A stretch of 34,143 bases of DNA. Origin: Gammaproteobacteria bacterium (GTDB taxonomy: Bacteria > Pseudomonadota > Gammaproteobacteria > SZUA-229). Location of the stretch: contig JBFHVK010000003.1 in the NCBI GenBank assembly GCA_041589615.1, forward strand, positions 1 to 34,143. The letters run 5' to 3'. Positions 7,288 to 16,980 of this stretch are shown here, piece by piece. How positions within the stretch are numbered: the first letter of the stretch is position 1; every line of letters starts with the position of its first letter. Below the pieces are notes generated by a model, which did not search any database, was not told the DNA's origin, and saw nothing but the letters and a program-made list of their open reading frames with translations. The position numbers and the translations under genes were made by a program.

Positions 7288-9060
7288 ATGACAAATCTAG
7301 ACCTGGGGCAAATCGTCCCACGATATTATCAGCAAGAAGCGCACGATGCGACTGTGCATCATATAAGAACAAGCTCAAAGCCTGCGTTTATCGACGCATC
7401 TGTGGGTGCTGGAAAAACGATCCTAATTGCAATGATCTGCAAACAGGCTCAGTTGCGAAACATGAGTGTATTGGTGCTAGCCAGGCAAGGCGAGCTGGTG
7501 GAGCAAAACGCACAGGAAATGTGGAATGTTGGCGCAAGGAATAGCATCTATTCAGCAAGCCTTGGCCGGAAATCCAAACACTATCCGATCATCGCTGGTA
7601 CTGAGGGCACTGTATGCAGATCACTAAATAGTGATTTTTCTGACGTTCGGCCTGATATATTGCTGATCGACGAAGCTCATCAAGTCAATTTTGAAGACTC
7701 CGAATGTCAGTATATGCAGATCATTACTGAAATGTACCGACGGAATCCGAAATTAAGAATCATCGGCTATACTGGTTCCCCGTTTCGCGGCACTGAGTCA
7801 ATCCTGGGTGATTTCTGGGATAAATGTCTGTACCAGATCAGCACCGAGCAGCTGGTGGAAGAAGGGTTCCTTGTTCCGACCGTGTTCGGATTTGGCCATG
7901 ACGATGTACAGTATGATCTAAGCGAGTTCAAAACAAAGAGCGAGCACGGCACGTCTGATTTTACGTCTAAAGAGCTGCAATCAATGCAGCGCGGAATCCT
8001 GAAGGACCCGACGAAGACTCAGTTGATTATGGCCGAGGTGCAGGAAATCACCAAGGATCGTAACGGAGTATTGATCACATGCGCAGGCAAAAAACACTGC
8101 GAAGAGGTGGCAAAGTCGCTGCCGGACGGCACGTGGGGTATTATCACGGATTCAACGAGCACAAAAGAGCGGCGCCGGATTCTTAAAGCGGCGTATCTCG
8201 GCAAGATCAAGTATGTCATCCAGGTGGGCGCGTTGACTACTGGTGTGAATATTCCGCTCTGGGATACGTCAGTGTTACTTAGACGAATTGCATCTTTGAC
8301 GCTGCTCATCCAGTTGCTTGGTCGTGGCATGCGCACGCTCAAGCCGGAGCACGAAGATTTAGGATTCACTAAGTCAGATCACCTGGTGCTTGATTATTCT
8401 GATACGCTTCACGAAATGGCGGAGTTGTATCACAATCCGATTCTTGAAAGAGCTGAAGCTGCACGCGCAAAAGAGCGCAAGGAAGAGAAAATCTGTCCTA
8501 AGTGCGATGCAATGAATAGCAATCACGCGCGTCGGTGTATCGGCGAAGTGGCAGGCGAGCGCTGTGACTTCTTCTGGAGCTCTATAGAGTGTAAAGAGTG
8601 CGGCACTGAAAATGATGTCGTTGCTCGTGAGTGTCGTAATTGCGGAAAGCAACTGAAAGACCCGAATGAAAACCTGTCAGTCAAGCACTACAAAGATAGC
8701 GAGTTGACTAGGGTTGTCAGTATGCAGCTCAAAGAAGCAAAAAACGGTGCGCTAGTGGTAGCATACAAGTTGGAAGACGGCAGGGAGCCGGTGCAATTTT
8801 TCCGGCCCGACGGCGGTAATAATGCTATTGTGAATAAGCGAATTTGGTTTAATGGCTTCGTTAAATATCACGTCGGCGGACAAGAAATGCAGATGCGCGT
8901 CAGAAATATGTCGTCAGTTGATAAGATTGTAAAAATGCAGGCTATGTTTGACGTGCCTACAATGATTAGTTGCCGATACAATGAAGAAAAGGGGCGCTGG
9001 AATATCGGTCGGCGCGTGTTTAATAGCGGTCGTGAGGTTGGTGAGGTGGCCAGTGAATAA
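7288..9060 (+). CDS. SF2 DEAH-box helicase with Zn fingers (RadD/YejH, T1-like)
   Basis: VGAGKT, DEAH, TGSP and QLLGRGMR motifs plus several CxxC pairs. ATG 7288 follows AAGGA. Confidence 0.92.
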   Translation: MTNLDLGQIVPRYYQQEAHDATVHHIRTSSKPAFIDASVGAGKTILIAMICKQAQLRNMSVLVLARQGELVEQNAQEMWNVGARNSIYSASLGRKSKHYPIIAGTEGTVCRSLNSDFSDVRPDILLIDEAHQVNFEDSECQYMQIITEMYRRNPKLRIIGYTGSPFRGTESILGDFWDKCLYQISTEQLVEEGFLVPTVFGFGHDDVQYDLSEFKTKSEHGTSDFTSKELQSMQRGILKDPTKTQLIMAEVQEITKDRNGVLITCAGKKHCEEVAKSLPDGTWGIITDSTSTKERRRILKAAYLGKIKYVIQVGALTTGVNIPLWDTSVLLRRIASLTLLIQLLGRGMRTLKPEHEDLGFTKSDHLVLDYSDTLHEMAELYHNPILERAEAARAKERKEEKICPKCDAMNSNHARRCIGEVAGERCDFFWSSIECKECGTENDVVARECRNCGKQLKDPNENLSVKHYKDSELTRVVSMQLKEAKNGALVVAYKLEDGREPVQFFRPDGGNNAIVNKRIWFNGFVKYHVGGQEMQMRVRNMSSVDKIVKMQAMFDVPTMISCRYNEEKGRWNIGRRVFNSGREVGEVASE

Positions 9061-9118
9061 AGAGCGATATTGCAGACTATCAAATAGCCTGTCTTGCTTC
9101 TGCATGGAAAATTAACAC

Positions 9119-9547
9119 ATGACCATCTCTCAAAAGAAGATCCAACAATTGAGAGAAAGCGGCGTCAGGGTTTATGATCCTGATTGCCGTGGTGACTGCC
9201 CTGTGGAGCGCGTTGAGCAGGTTAATTTTATGTCATGGCTTCGGTTTAACTACCCGCACATCATAGCGTTTCATCCTGTCAACGAGTCGGATATTCCGGT
9301 CCAGAAACGAAAAAGCCTGATATCTGAAGGCATGCTGCCAGGTGCTAGCGACATCATTATTTTGCACCAGACTGAATTTAACCCGTTCTGCGTTATTGAG
9401 ATGAAGCGTCAGAACATTCGTAAATCCAGTATATCTCAAGATCAGATCGACTTTCTTGTCAATTCAGCAATCGCAGGCGGTTTTGCTGCCGTTGCCTGTG
9501 GCTTTGAGTCCGCTAAGCAAGCATTTCTTGATTTTATTAACTGTTAG
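9119..9547 (+). CDS. VRR-NUC nuclease (Holliday junction resolvase-like)
   Basis: GMLPGASDII...IEMK...SQDQIDFL pattern. Confidence 0.88.
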   Translation: MTISQKKIQQLRESGVRVYDPDCRGDCPVERVEQVNFMSWLRFNYPHIIAFHPVNESDIPVQKRKSLISEGMLPGASDIIILHQTEFNPFCVIEMKRQNIRKSSISQDQIDFLVNSAIAGGFAAVACGFESAKQAFLDFINC

Positions 9548-9566
9548 TTATAGTTAGTGTAGCTAT

Positions 9567-9594
9567 TTGCATTATTGTTTTTGTGTGATACTAT
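9567..9594 (+). promoter_or_regulatory. Putative promoter for the recombination module
   Basis: TTGCAT-N16-TACTAT with extended TG, in an AT-rich intergenic gap. Confidence 0.55.
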
Positions 9595-9632
9595 TCATCT
9601 GTCGGTTAAATAACAACAATCAGAGGTTTGCA

Positions 9633-10604
9633 ATGATTGAGCAAAACGGTTTTCGCATTTACGACTGCGAAGAATTATCAAACGATGAATACCACGGAGA
9701 AGAGTTTGCTGATTATATTAGCGGCTCCGATATTGCTAAGGTATTAAGTAAAACGCCCGCTCATCTTGAGTACGGCGAAAGCAAAACGACTGCTGCAATG
9801 GAATTTGGCACGGCGGTGCACACAGCTATTTTGGAACCATTACACTTTGACAATGAGTATATCCGAGCGATCAGCAAGGACGATTATCCGAATGCGTTAA
9901 GCTCGGATGCAGCTATGAAATCATGGCTAAAAGAGCGAGGCATTGCTGGCTACTCAAGCAAGAAAACGGACGAGCTGGTTAAAATGGTTCACGCGGCTGA
10001 CCCTGGTGTACAAATCTGGGCTGAGATCAAGGCGGCATTTGACGCTGAAGCTAAAGACAGGAAGCAGTTGCCTCCAGCGGATTTTGACAAGATTGTCTAT
10101 ATGCGTGATACCGTTCGCGCTTACTATCCGGATGTGTTCAGATCGTTCCAGCCGGAAGTAAGTATTGTTGGTGAGCTGTACGGATATAAAGTAAAGGTGC
10201 GCGTTGATATTCTTAGGCTTAATGCCAGTCCGGCGACAATTACAGATTACAAAACATGTAGCGACGCAAGCTCAACCAAGTTTGGATATCATTCGTTCGA
10301 TCTTGGCTATGTAGAAAAAATGACGCTACAGGCAGAGGTTGTTAAGGTTGCGTTCGGTTTGAATGATGTCAATGTTGAGTTGTTAGCTCAAGAAAAGGAT
10401 GTTCCGTATATTCCACAGTCGTACTATCTGACGGAAGATCAATTATCTTACGGGTTTGACCGGTGCCTGGATGCACTCAAACTAATCAGCGTGTGCCGCG
10501 AATCAGGACAGTTTCCAGCCTACGGTGGTGGCGTGTTACCGCTAGAAACGCCTGCGTGGATTGATGCCAAAATGGAAGAGGAGTCAATAGGGGGTATCTC
10601 ATGA
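9633..10604 (+). CDS. RecE/exonuclease VIII-like PD-(D/E)XK exonuclease (DUF3799-like)
   Basis: LSNDEYH, ISGS, FGTAVHTAILEP, KVRVD and ITDYKT motifs. ATG 9633 follows GAGG. Confidence 0.88.
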   Translation: MIEQNGFRIYDCEELSNDEYHGEEFADYISGSDIAKVLSKTPAHLEYGESKTTAAMEFGTAVHTAILEPLHFDNEYIRAISKDDYPNALSSDAAMKSWLKERGIAGYSSKKTDELVKMVHAADPGVQIWAEIKAAFDAEAKDRKQLPPADFDKIVYMRDTVRAYYPDVFRSFQPEVSIVGELYGYKVKVRVDILRLNASPATITDYKTCSDASSTKFGYHSFDLGYVEKMTLQAEVVKVAFGLNDVNVELLAQEKDVPYIPQSYYLTEDQLSYGFDRCLDALKLISVCRESGQFPAYGGGVLPLETPAWIDAKMEEESIGGIS

Positions 10605-11287
10605 GTAATGTTGATTTCGCAATTCAAGCAAAAAGTGATCAGCTTAATGCAGTTGACTTAGCTGGCGGAGACAGGATTATCCGAGTCAGAGCTGTCGATG
10701 TTCAGCATGGTCGCGACCAGCCTGTTTGGATTTATTTTGATGGTGATAATAATAAGCCATGGAAGCCAAGCAAGGGGATGCTTCGAATTATATCTGGGTG
10801 CTGGGGGCTTGAGTCTGATAACTGGGTGGGGAAGAGTGCTCAGTTGTACATGGAGCCTTCGGTAGTATATGCAGGCAAAGAGGTGGGCGGAATCTGGATT
10901 AGGGCAATGTCAGATATCGATCCAAAGGGCCGGATATTTCCGCTGGCTATTAACAGAAAGAAACGAATCCAGATTAATGTGGCCTGCCTGTCTGTAGATG
11001 CTGGAATGTACCCAGAAGACAAGTTTAATGCAGCATTCGGGGCAATGGTTGATCAGATGAAAGCAGGAAAGACGGTTGATCAGATTGTTGCAAGATGCCA
11101 GCAAACTGGAAATCTCACCGGTGAGCAAATATCAAGACTTAACGCCGCTGCGGATGAGCTGAATCAACCCCAAGCCTTCGTACCGCCAAGCCAGGCAGCC
11201 AAGACTGGGCCAGAAGAAGCGTCTGAAGTCGCGCAATCCGTGACAGCTCAGCAAGACCAGCAGCCTCAATCAATTGACGAATTCTAA
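10601..11287 (+). CDS. Conserved phage protein in the recombinase position; candidate ssDNA-annealing protein
   Basis: AKSDQLNAVDL...KPWKPSKGM...GGIWIRAMS with an acidic tail (SIDEF). Coupled to the exonuclease. Confidence 0.6.
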   Translation: MSNVDFAIQAKSDQLNAVDLAGGDRIIRVRAVDVQHGRDQPVWIYFDGDNNKPWKPSKGMLRIISGCWGLESDNWVGKSAQLYMEPSVVYAGKEVGGIWIRAMSDIDPKGRIFPLAINRKKRIQINVACLSVDAGMYPEDKFNAAFGAMVDQMKAGKTVDQIVARCQQTGNLTGEQISRLNAAADELNQPQAFVPPSQAAKTGPEEASEVAQSVTAQQDQQPQSIDEF

Positions 11288-11304
11288 GGGCTTCGGCCCT
11301 TTTT
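11286..11304 (+). terminator. Rho-independent terminator
   Basis: AAGGGC-TTCG-GCCCTT-TTT. Confidence 0.75.
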
Positions 11305-11313
11305 GGAGTTTTT

Positions 11314-11580
11314 ATGAAGTTAACTAGCCTGGAAGTCGGGTTAGACCCTGAAGAAATCGGCCTTTGCTGCGATCTGGAATTTATTTTTCATTATAAGAAA
11401 CCCGCAGGCGATCAATCTTTATGCAAGAATGGCCAGTTGCACCCAGAAAGCGAACCAGCGAAAGTTGAAATTGGTATTATTAATATAGAGCCATACCTAT
11501 CACAACAGTCAATTAACACAATCGAAGCACATATTTTGGATTATTTGGAGAGCAAAAAAAATGGCACGTGGAGTAAATAA
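11314..11580 (+). CDS. Hypothetical protein
   Basis: GGAG RBS; 88 aa. Confidence 0.7.
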   Translation: MKLTSLEVGLDPEEIGLCCDLEFIFHYKKPAGDQSLCKNGQLHPESEPAKVEIGIINIEPYLSQQSINTIEAHILDYLESKKNGTWSK

Positions 11581-12076
11581 AGTCATCCTGGTCGGAAACC
11601 TTGGCCAAGACCCAGAAACGCGTCAGACATCAAACAATAGCGCGGTGACCAATATCACTGTCGCAACCAGTGAGTCATGGACTGATAAAAACACCGGGAA
11701 CAAGGAAGAGAGAACTGAGTGGCATCGGATTGTGTTCTTTGGCAAGCTGGCTGAAATTGCAGGCCAGTACCTTCGCAAAGGATCAAAGGTTTACATCGAA
11801 GGCTCTTTGCGCACCCGTAAGTGGCAAGATCAGCAAGGCCAAGATCGTTACACCACTGAAATCGTTTCCAGTGATATGCAAATGCTTGATAGCCGGCAGG
11901 ATGGACAGCAGCAAAGCAACCAAAGCCAGGCGGGCCAGACAGGACAGCAATATCAGTCTCCACCGCCACCATCGCCAACACCTAACCCCCAGAGCCACCA
12001 ACAAACCCCCAGAGCTAACCCCCAGAGCTCAAATCAAGCTTCAGGGTTTGGCGACTTTGATGATATTCCTTTCTGA
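11561..12076 (+). CDS. ssb: Single-stranded DNA-binding protein
   Basis: [28 protein letters not shown] and C-terminal DDIPF. Confidence 0.97.
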   Translation: MARGVNKVILVGNLGQDPETRQTSNNSAVTNITVATSESWTDKNTGNKEERTEWHRIVFFGKLAEIAGQYLRKGSKVYIEGSLRTRKWQDQQGQDRYTTEIVSSDMQMLDSRQDGQQQSNQSQAGQTGQQYQSPPPPSPTPNPQSHQQTPRANPQSSNQASGFGDFDDIPF

Positions 12077-12078
12077 TT

Positions 12079-12120
12079 AAAATCGCCCGCCGCTCTGTTA
12101 TTATGAGCGGCGGGAAGATT
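12079..12120. terminator. Hairpin terminator between the convergent ssb and tailspike genes
   Basis: Perfect 10-bp stem CCCGCCGCTC-N9-GAGCGGCGGG at 12086-12114. Confidence 0.75.
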
Positions 12121-12175
12121 GTTGGGGTTGCTGAGCTTTATTAAGACAAAATCCAAGTTACAGGGCTTTCTGAGT

Positions 12176-14266
12176 CTAATCCCATGCAAAAGTTGGTGTT
12201 CCAGTTGACGGCCTACTGCAAACAGTAACCTCAACAGCCCCAGAATTAGCGCCTCCGCCTGCTGTTAATTGCAGAGTCGTGCCGCTCCACGATGCGGTTA
12301 ATGTATAAGCTCCGTTTCCTATAACTACTTGACTAGCACCTACTGACTGAGTTGAATTCACCACCATGGCTTCTGTTTCTACAACTGCACTATCAGTAAA
12401 ACTGTTTAACACACCCTTACAATATATACTTAGTACATAGTTATTTCCTGGGTCTACGTAAGTTAAAACATTAACAGCAGAATTTGTAACAGCTACGGTA
12501 TTCTTATAGAGTGCGCTGGATGGATTAAGCTGTATTGATGCTTCAGATGGTAGGCCTACTGCACCACGCTCTCCGAATTTAAATGTAGAATCCTGATTAT
12601 ACTGATTTAGCCCTTTCTGGACAATTTCAGAGTCTAAGCTGTATATCCTCTCAGACTCGCCCAGCCGCTCAACAAGTGAGCCAAAAGAGCTATCAAAAGT
12701 AACAAAGTTGTTGTACTCAGAGGGCGGTGGGAATAAGTTGTTTTCTATTGTTACTTTTGCATCACCTTGCAAATCAAAAAGATCGTAAACGCCTGTAGTT
12801 AAAAAATTTGGCAGTCTCAAGTTTGATATATTTGCCCTCGTTCCATTGAAATTAAATAACCGTATATTTGAAGTTCCTGTAGCCGAAACTGAAACGCCAG
12901 CACCACCTGATATAGTTATTTCTCTTGCTCCAGCACCGAAAACAAACCCGCCATCTTCTAGCTCGGCCTCTTCAAAACCACAGTTATAATAACCTATTGA
13001 AGCACCGCCATTATAAGCATAAGAAGTAAATTTATCGCAGCCACATGAGTGCAAAGAAGAATAAGCAACTGATCCTAAATCAAAACCCGCAACCACATTT
13101 TTAGCCCAACATGATAAAAATGTTAAGCTGGTTCCGTTCTGGAATTCATAAGCCAGTGTTGACGGGATCGAGCCAGTCTTATCATTTCTAACCCAAGTTC
13201 TAGTTAATGTTGAAAGGAATGTGTCGATTGACGAATAACCAGTCTTGCAATTAACAATTGTCAAATCACTATCATCAATTTTCGATTGTATGGGTGCAAA
13301 AATTCCGTAATCAGAGTTTTGCACTGAGTATATCGTTAAGTTTTTAACGCTAGACCCTAAAATCGTTGAATCAAAAACTAGCTCTTTAATAATAACAGCG
13401 TCAACAGCATAGGAAACCAATCCGTACTTGGCGTTAGTTGCTGAGCCAACACCGGCAGTATTGGTTGTTTTTACAATCTCAACCTCGTCACCTTCTCCAA
13501 TCAAATTAGTGTAGTACGAACTTATTTGTATTGGCTCAGATATAGCGTACCCAACAATAGCATACCCAGAAGTCTTAGGAAATAATAAGTCTTCGTTACT
13601 TGTAGCGGCTAAAATAGCTTTAATTGGCTCTATGTCGTCCGTAGGTGCAGGGTTAACATTTCCGTCCTGCAAATAATAGTCTCCAACCGCACCATACTGT
13701 TTAACGTTAACAACACCTCCGTGTTGAAGAATAGCAACATTACCATTATCCAGTGCATGATCGCCATATCCATCAACTGCCTGGCTTGCTTGAATCACGT
13801 ACACAGCACCACCACCATCACCTTCAGTATGGTATCCTTTGGTGCTGATAGTTTGCCCTGGCTGAAGATCCTTGGTTTTAAGTTCTGCTACTGTATTTGC
13901 AGATAAAACAATTTCAGTGCTGTCGCTAGTCAGCCCTTGAACAACAAAAAACTTACCTTCATCGTCACCCGACCAGGTGCCGGTTGTGGTAAACGGAATC
14001 TCAGAAGGCAATGGGGCGTAAACAATTCCGTTTCGGTCGATTGTTTTAGTGTTGTCGCTAACAGTAAACGCAATTGATCCAGCGTATAACTCCGGAGGTT
14101 CGAACCCTAGTTTTTTAAGCTGTCCGGCCAGCGTGCTTCTTGTTGATCCAAGTCTGTCTATCCATGTGTCAACAGTTGTGTTTACTGCGCTATCTAAGTT
14201 TTCTGCATTATCCGACAGGTCTTTGGCGTCTGACGACGGAACAGGGTTGCCAGTGTTGAATGTCAT
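12176..14266 (-). CDS. Tailspike / receptor-binding protein with pectate-lyase-like beta-helix
   Basis: N-terminal anchor NTGNPVPSSDAKDLSDNAENLD, then TKGYHTEGDGGGAVY and VNVKQYGAVGD. Last gene of the tail module. Confidence 0.88.
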   Translation of the reverse strand: MTFNTGNPVPSSDAKDLSDNAENLDSAVNTTVDTWIDRLGSTRSTLAGQLKKLGFEPPELYAGSIAFTVSDNTKTIDRNGIVYAPLPSEIPFTTTGTWSGDDEGKFFVVQGLTSDSTEIVLSANTVAELKTKDLQPGQTISTKGYHTEGDGGGAVYVIQASQAVDGYGDHALDNGNVAILQHGGVVNVKQYGAVGDYYLQDGNVNPAPTDDIEPIKAILAATSNEDLLFPKTSGYAIVGYAISEPIQISSYYTNLIGEGDEVEIVKTTNTAGVGSATNAKYGLVSYAVDAVIIKELVFDSTILGSSVKNLTIYSVQNSDYGIFAPIQSKIDDSDLTIVNCKTGYSSIDTFLSTLTRTWVRNDKTGSIPSTLAYEFQNGTSLTFLSCWAKNVVAGFDLGSVAYSSLHSCGCDKFTSYAYNGGASIGYYNCGFEEAELEDGGFVFGAGAREITISGGAGVSVSATGTSNIRLFNFNGTRANISNLRLPNFLTTGVYDLFDLQGDAKVTIENNLFPPPSEYNNFVTFDSSFGSLVERLGESERIYSLDSEIVQKGLNQYNQDSTFKFGERGAVGLPSEASIQLNPSSALYKNTVAVTNSAVNVLTYVDPGNNYVLSIYCKGVLNSFTDSAVVETEAMVVNSTQSVGASQVVIGNGAYTLTASWSGTTLQLTAGGGANSGAVEVTVCSRPSTGTPTFAWD

Positions 14267-14298
14267 TTTTAATCCTCGTTAGTGTTTTGTAAATATTA

Positions 14299-16980
14299 TC
14301 AAGATGGCGCCAGATTGTCGTCGTCATCGTAAACTCGGGCATCATAATTTGTCGCCGCGACAGAAGCCGTAAGCGGGCCGCCTGGGTTTATACTGGTTAT
14401 CAATGCCGGAAAGTGCCAGCGCTCGGTTGTTCCGAAATAAATATGAGTAGGCTCTTGAGTTGATGGAAGCACTTTAGGCCAAGGCTGAGGAATTGATACA
14501 TTTATCGTGTATTCATCTTCGCCTTGCGTTGCGGTGTACGGCCCTCTTGTTGTTCCATCCTCGTCTCTGTATGCAACAACATGCGTTTTTCCCGCCTCAA
14601 ATTCTAATGGCTCAGATACGGTTATCTGCGTTTCGCTTATTGACTCAAGAATCGCTACCTTTCCGTAGCCAGGAACATCATCAAGGAGTGGTACATAAGA
14701 AAGGTACGAGCTATTAAGAGAGTCAAGCTCTGTATCGAATGCATACGACCAGCGCCTGAATGCTTGTGACCTGCGTTGCCGCATGCCAATTCTCCAAGCT
14801 CTGTCACGATCGGTAACGCCGTCGAGCTGTATTTTCTCCACCTTTATTCCTGAGTCCCCAGGAAGGAAGCAATTTACAGTTTCTTTTGTCCAGGTTTCTG
14901 CATCAGTGTACTCAACTTCAACGCCGTCCGGTTCGTCAACCTGGATAGCGGTAAACGTCCTCTGCAATGGGCTAGTCATGTTTTCAGGGCTGTATCCTTG
15001 CTCAAATACCGTCCTAATGCCATCGCGAACAGCGGTTAGCTGTCCCTGCGGGTTTAGCGTAGGTTCTGCAAATCCTGCGCGTAGTATTTTCTCAATCGCC
15101 TCTTGTGCAGTTCCCGATGAAAAAACGTAATTAAACGTGTCATTGCGTGGCCCCCATACTTGCTCAAGGTCTTCAAGTGCGTCTAAGTCTATCTGATCTT
15201 CAGTATAGCCTAGCGACTGGACTACTCTAACCATTGCCGCGCTAATCTTTCGAGTAGCAGCGGGCGCTGTTAGCGTGCCGCCGGAAATCTCAGGTAGCTT
15301 TCTTGTTGCTACAAGATTAATCTGGTTGTTTGATTTTGAAGCAATCTTATTTGAACCAGTAATTGTGACAGCAAGAACAGTCACATCGTCGTAACTTGTT
15401 TTTGTGTCGAGTTTTGATCTAAGCTCAGTAAATTCCAGTTTGTCAAGATGGTCTAATTTTGTGATTTCTGTCTGATTTCTTCTAACTCTGACTTGTGGCC
15501 TGATTTTAGATGGAAGACTTACGCTAAACGTCCATCCAAGTTGGTCGCGTGTGCTGGCTGTAAAGCCGAATACTGTCGGATTCCATGGGCTAAATTGGTC
15601 TTCTCTCCATTCAACTGTGACTGACCTGCTCAAGGGGTCGACGGAATCCTCGTCGATTACGCCAATTCCGTTCGGGGCGAATATGTCCACCTCAATTTCA
15701 TCCGTTGTTTCGCCCTCTGGGCAAGCATAAAAAGGCTCTGAGTACGCAGGAGGTATTGCCGCTGGATCGAAAATAATCTCAAGTGTTAGCGATGCTTGCG
15801 GTAGATTGCCTGTCCAATCAGGATCAGTCGAACCTCCGGATAGCCTTCGTTCAACCTGAATTTCAGTGGTGCTTACAATATCAAGCACATAGTATTCAGT
15901 AGCATCTTTGTCGATTGACATACTGCCGGAGCCTGGCGTTGCTGAATCTACGGGAGCGCCACCAGTGGTTTCGAGAGTTATCTCTGTTTTGCCTGGGTTG
16001 ATCGTAGTCACGACGTAGGTGCCATTCACATTCACGTCAGACTCTACGTTTACTGTAATACCTGCAACTAAGTGCTCAAAGTTTCCGGTAAATGTGTCTG
16101 CGATGCCTGCGCCGCCTCCGTCCGTGACGGTAATGCTTTGCGTCATCTTGATTGAGCCTGTCATTCCGTCAACCCATTCAGGGCCGACAGTAATTCCGGT
16201 TAAGCTGTCAGATGATCCGGTGCCGCTACCAAAGTATGTAATGTCGTCAAAAACTACCGTTGTCAGCCGTATACCAGAGCTTCCGGTTGTGCTGCCTACT
16301 TCGTTTGATACATACCAGTTTTCATGGTTTGAGATTCCTGATAAGTCTTCTCCTGGCTCGAATATTTGATAACTAACCGTAGAAAGCTCATCAAGCGGAG
16401 TGTCACCAATTTTAAGCGTGTCGGTGTCAATGCTGTATTCGCCAATACCGACACAAAGAAGCAGCTCTAAAACCTGGGTTTTTGTATCAAGATAGTACCT
16501 GCGTGGATTATTTAGATAGTCAGGGTACCGAATGTATTCACCGAAAAGCTCTGGTATTGCATCGCCAAGCCTTGCTGTGTTTGCTCTTGCGTCTGCGGCC
16601 TCAATCTGGGCGCCTTGGCTGCCAACTTTTCCCTGTTTTGGCAGATCAGGAACAAGAAGCTTACCCAACTCCTCAGCGGCTTTAAAGAACAACTCAGAAG
16701 TGCCGACGGTAACGATTGCAAGATTTGCTCTAAAGAAGTCGCCAACCGATCCCTGGGGAAGCACTCTTATATCTACCGAGTCAGTCTTTTTTATAACATG
16801 CTTATGCCAGCAAAGCGGACTAATGACGTTCCCGTTAACTGAGCAAGCAATAGGCTGCGCCTTCTTTCGCTCATAGCAATCAGACTGAGACTTTACAAAA
16901 TCCTCAATTGATATACCAAACTCGTCGTAAGTTTCGTCCGGCTCGTTCGTCATGATTGAGCTATAAACATTAATCGTCAT
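14299..16980 (-). CDS. Central tail tip / host-specificity protein (lambda J-like)
   Basis: ANTARLGDAIPELFG, PDGVEVEY; size and position. Confidence 0.88.
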   Translation of the reverse strand: MTINVYSSIMTNEPDETYDEFGISIEDFVKSQSDCYERKKAQPIACSVNGNVISPLCWHKHVIKKTDSVDIRVLPQGSVGDFFRANLAIVTVGTSELFFKAAEELGKLLVPDLPKQGKVGSQGAQIEAADARANTARLGDAIPELFGEYIRYPDYLNNPRRYYLDTKTQVLELLLCVGIGEYSIDTDTLKIGDTPLDELSTVSYQIFEPGEDLSGISNHENWYVSNEVGSTTGSSGIRLTTVVFDDITYFGSGTGSSDSLTGITVGPEWVDGMTGSIKMTQSITVTDGGGAGIADTFTGNFEHLVAGITVNVESDVNVNGTYVVTTINPGKTEITLETTGGAPVDSATPGSGSMSIDKDATEYYVLDIVSTTEIQVERRLSGGSTDPDWTGNLPQASLTLEIIFDPAAIPPAYSEPFYACPEGETTDEIEVDIFAPNGIGVIDEDSVDPLSRSVTVEWREDQFSPWNPTVFGFTASTRDQLGWTFSVSLPSKIRPQVRVRRNQTEITKLDHLDKLEFTELRSKLDTKTSYDDVTVLAVTITGSNKIASKSNNQINLVATRKLPEISGGTLTAPAATRKISAAMVRVVQSLGYTEDQIDLDALEDLEQVWGPRNDTFNYVFSSGTAQEAIEKILRAGFAEPTLNPQGQLTAVRDGIRTVFEQGYSPENMTSPLQRTFTAIQVDEPDGVEVEYTDAETWTKETVNCFLPGDSGIKVEKIQLDGVTDRDRAWRIGMRQRRSQAFRRWSYAFDTELDSLNSSYLSYVPLLDDVPGYGKVAILESISETQITVSEPLEFEAGKTHVVAYRDEDGTTRGPYTATQGEDEYTINVSIPQPWPKVLPSTQEPTHIYFGTTERWHFPALITSINPGGPLTASVAATNYDARVYDDDDNLAPS

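Noticed and set aside
9053-9118. 20-codon ORF in frame with VRR-NUC, separated by one TAA (possible readthrough or recoding)
   Set aside because: TAA is used as a normal stop throughout the window and VRR-NUC looks complete from ATG 9119.
9567-9632. TTG-start extension of the exonuclease
   Set aside because: It coincides with the promoter, and ATG 9633 has a GAGG RBS.
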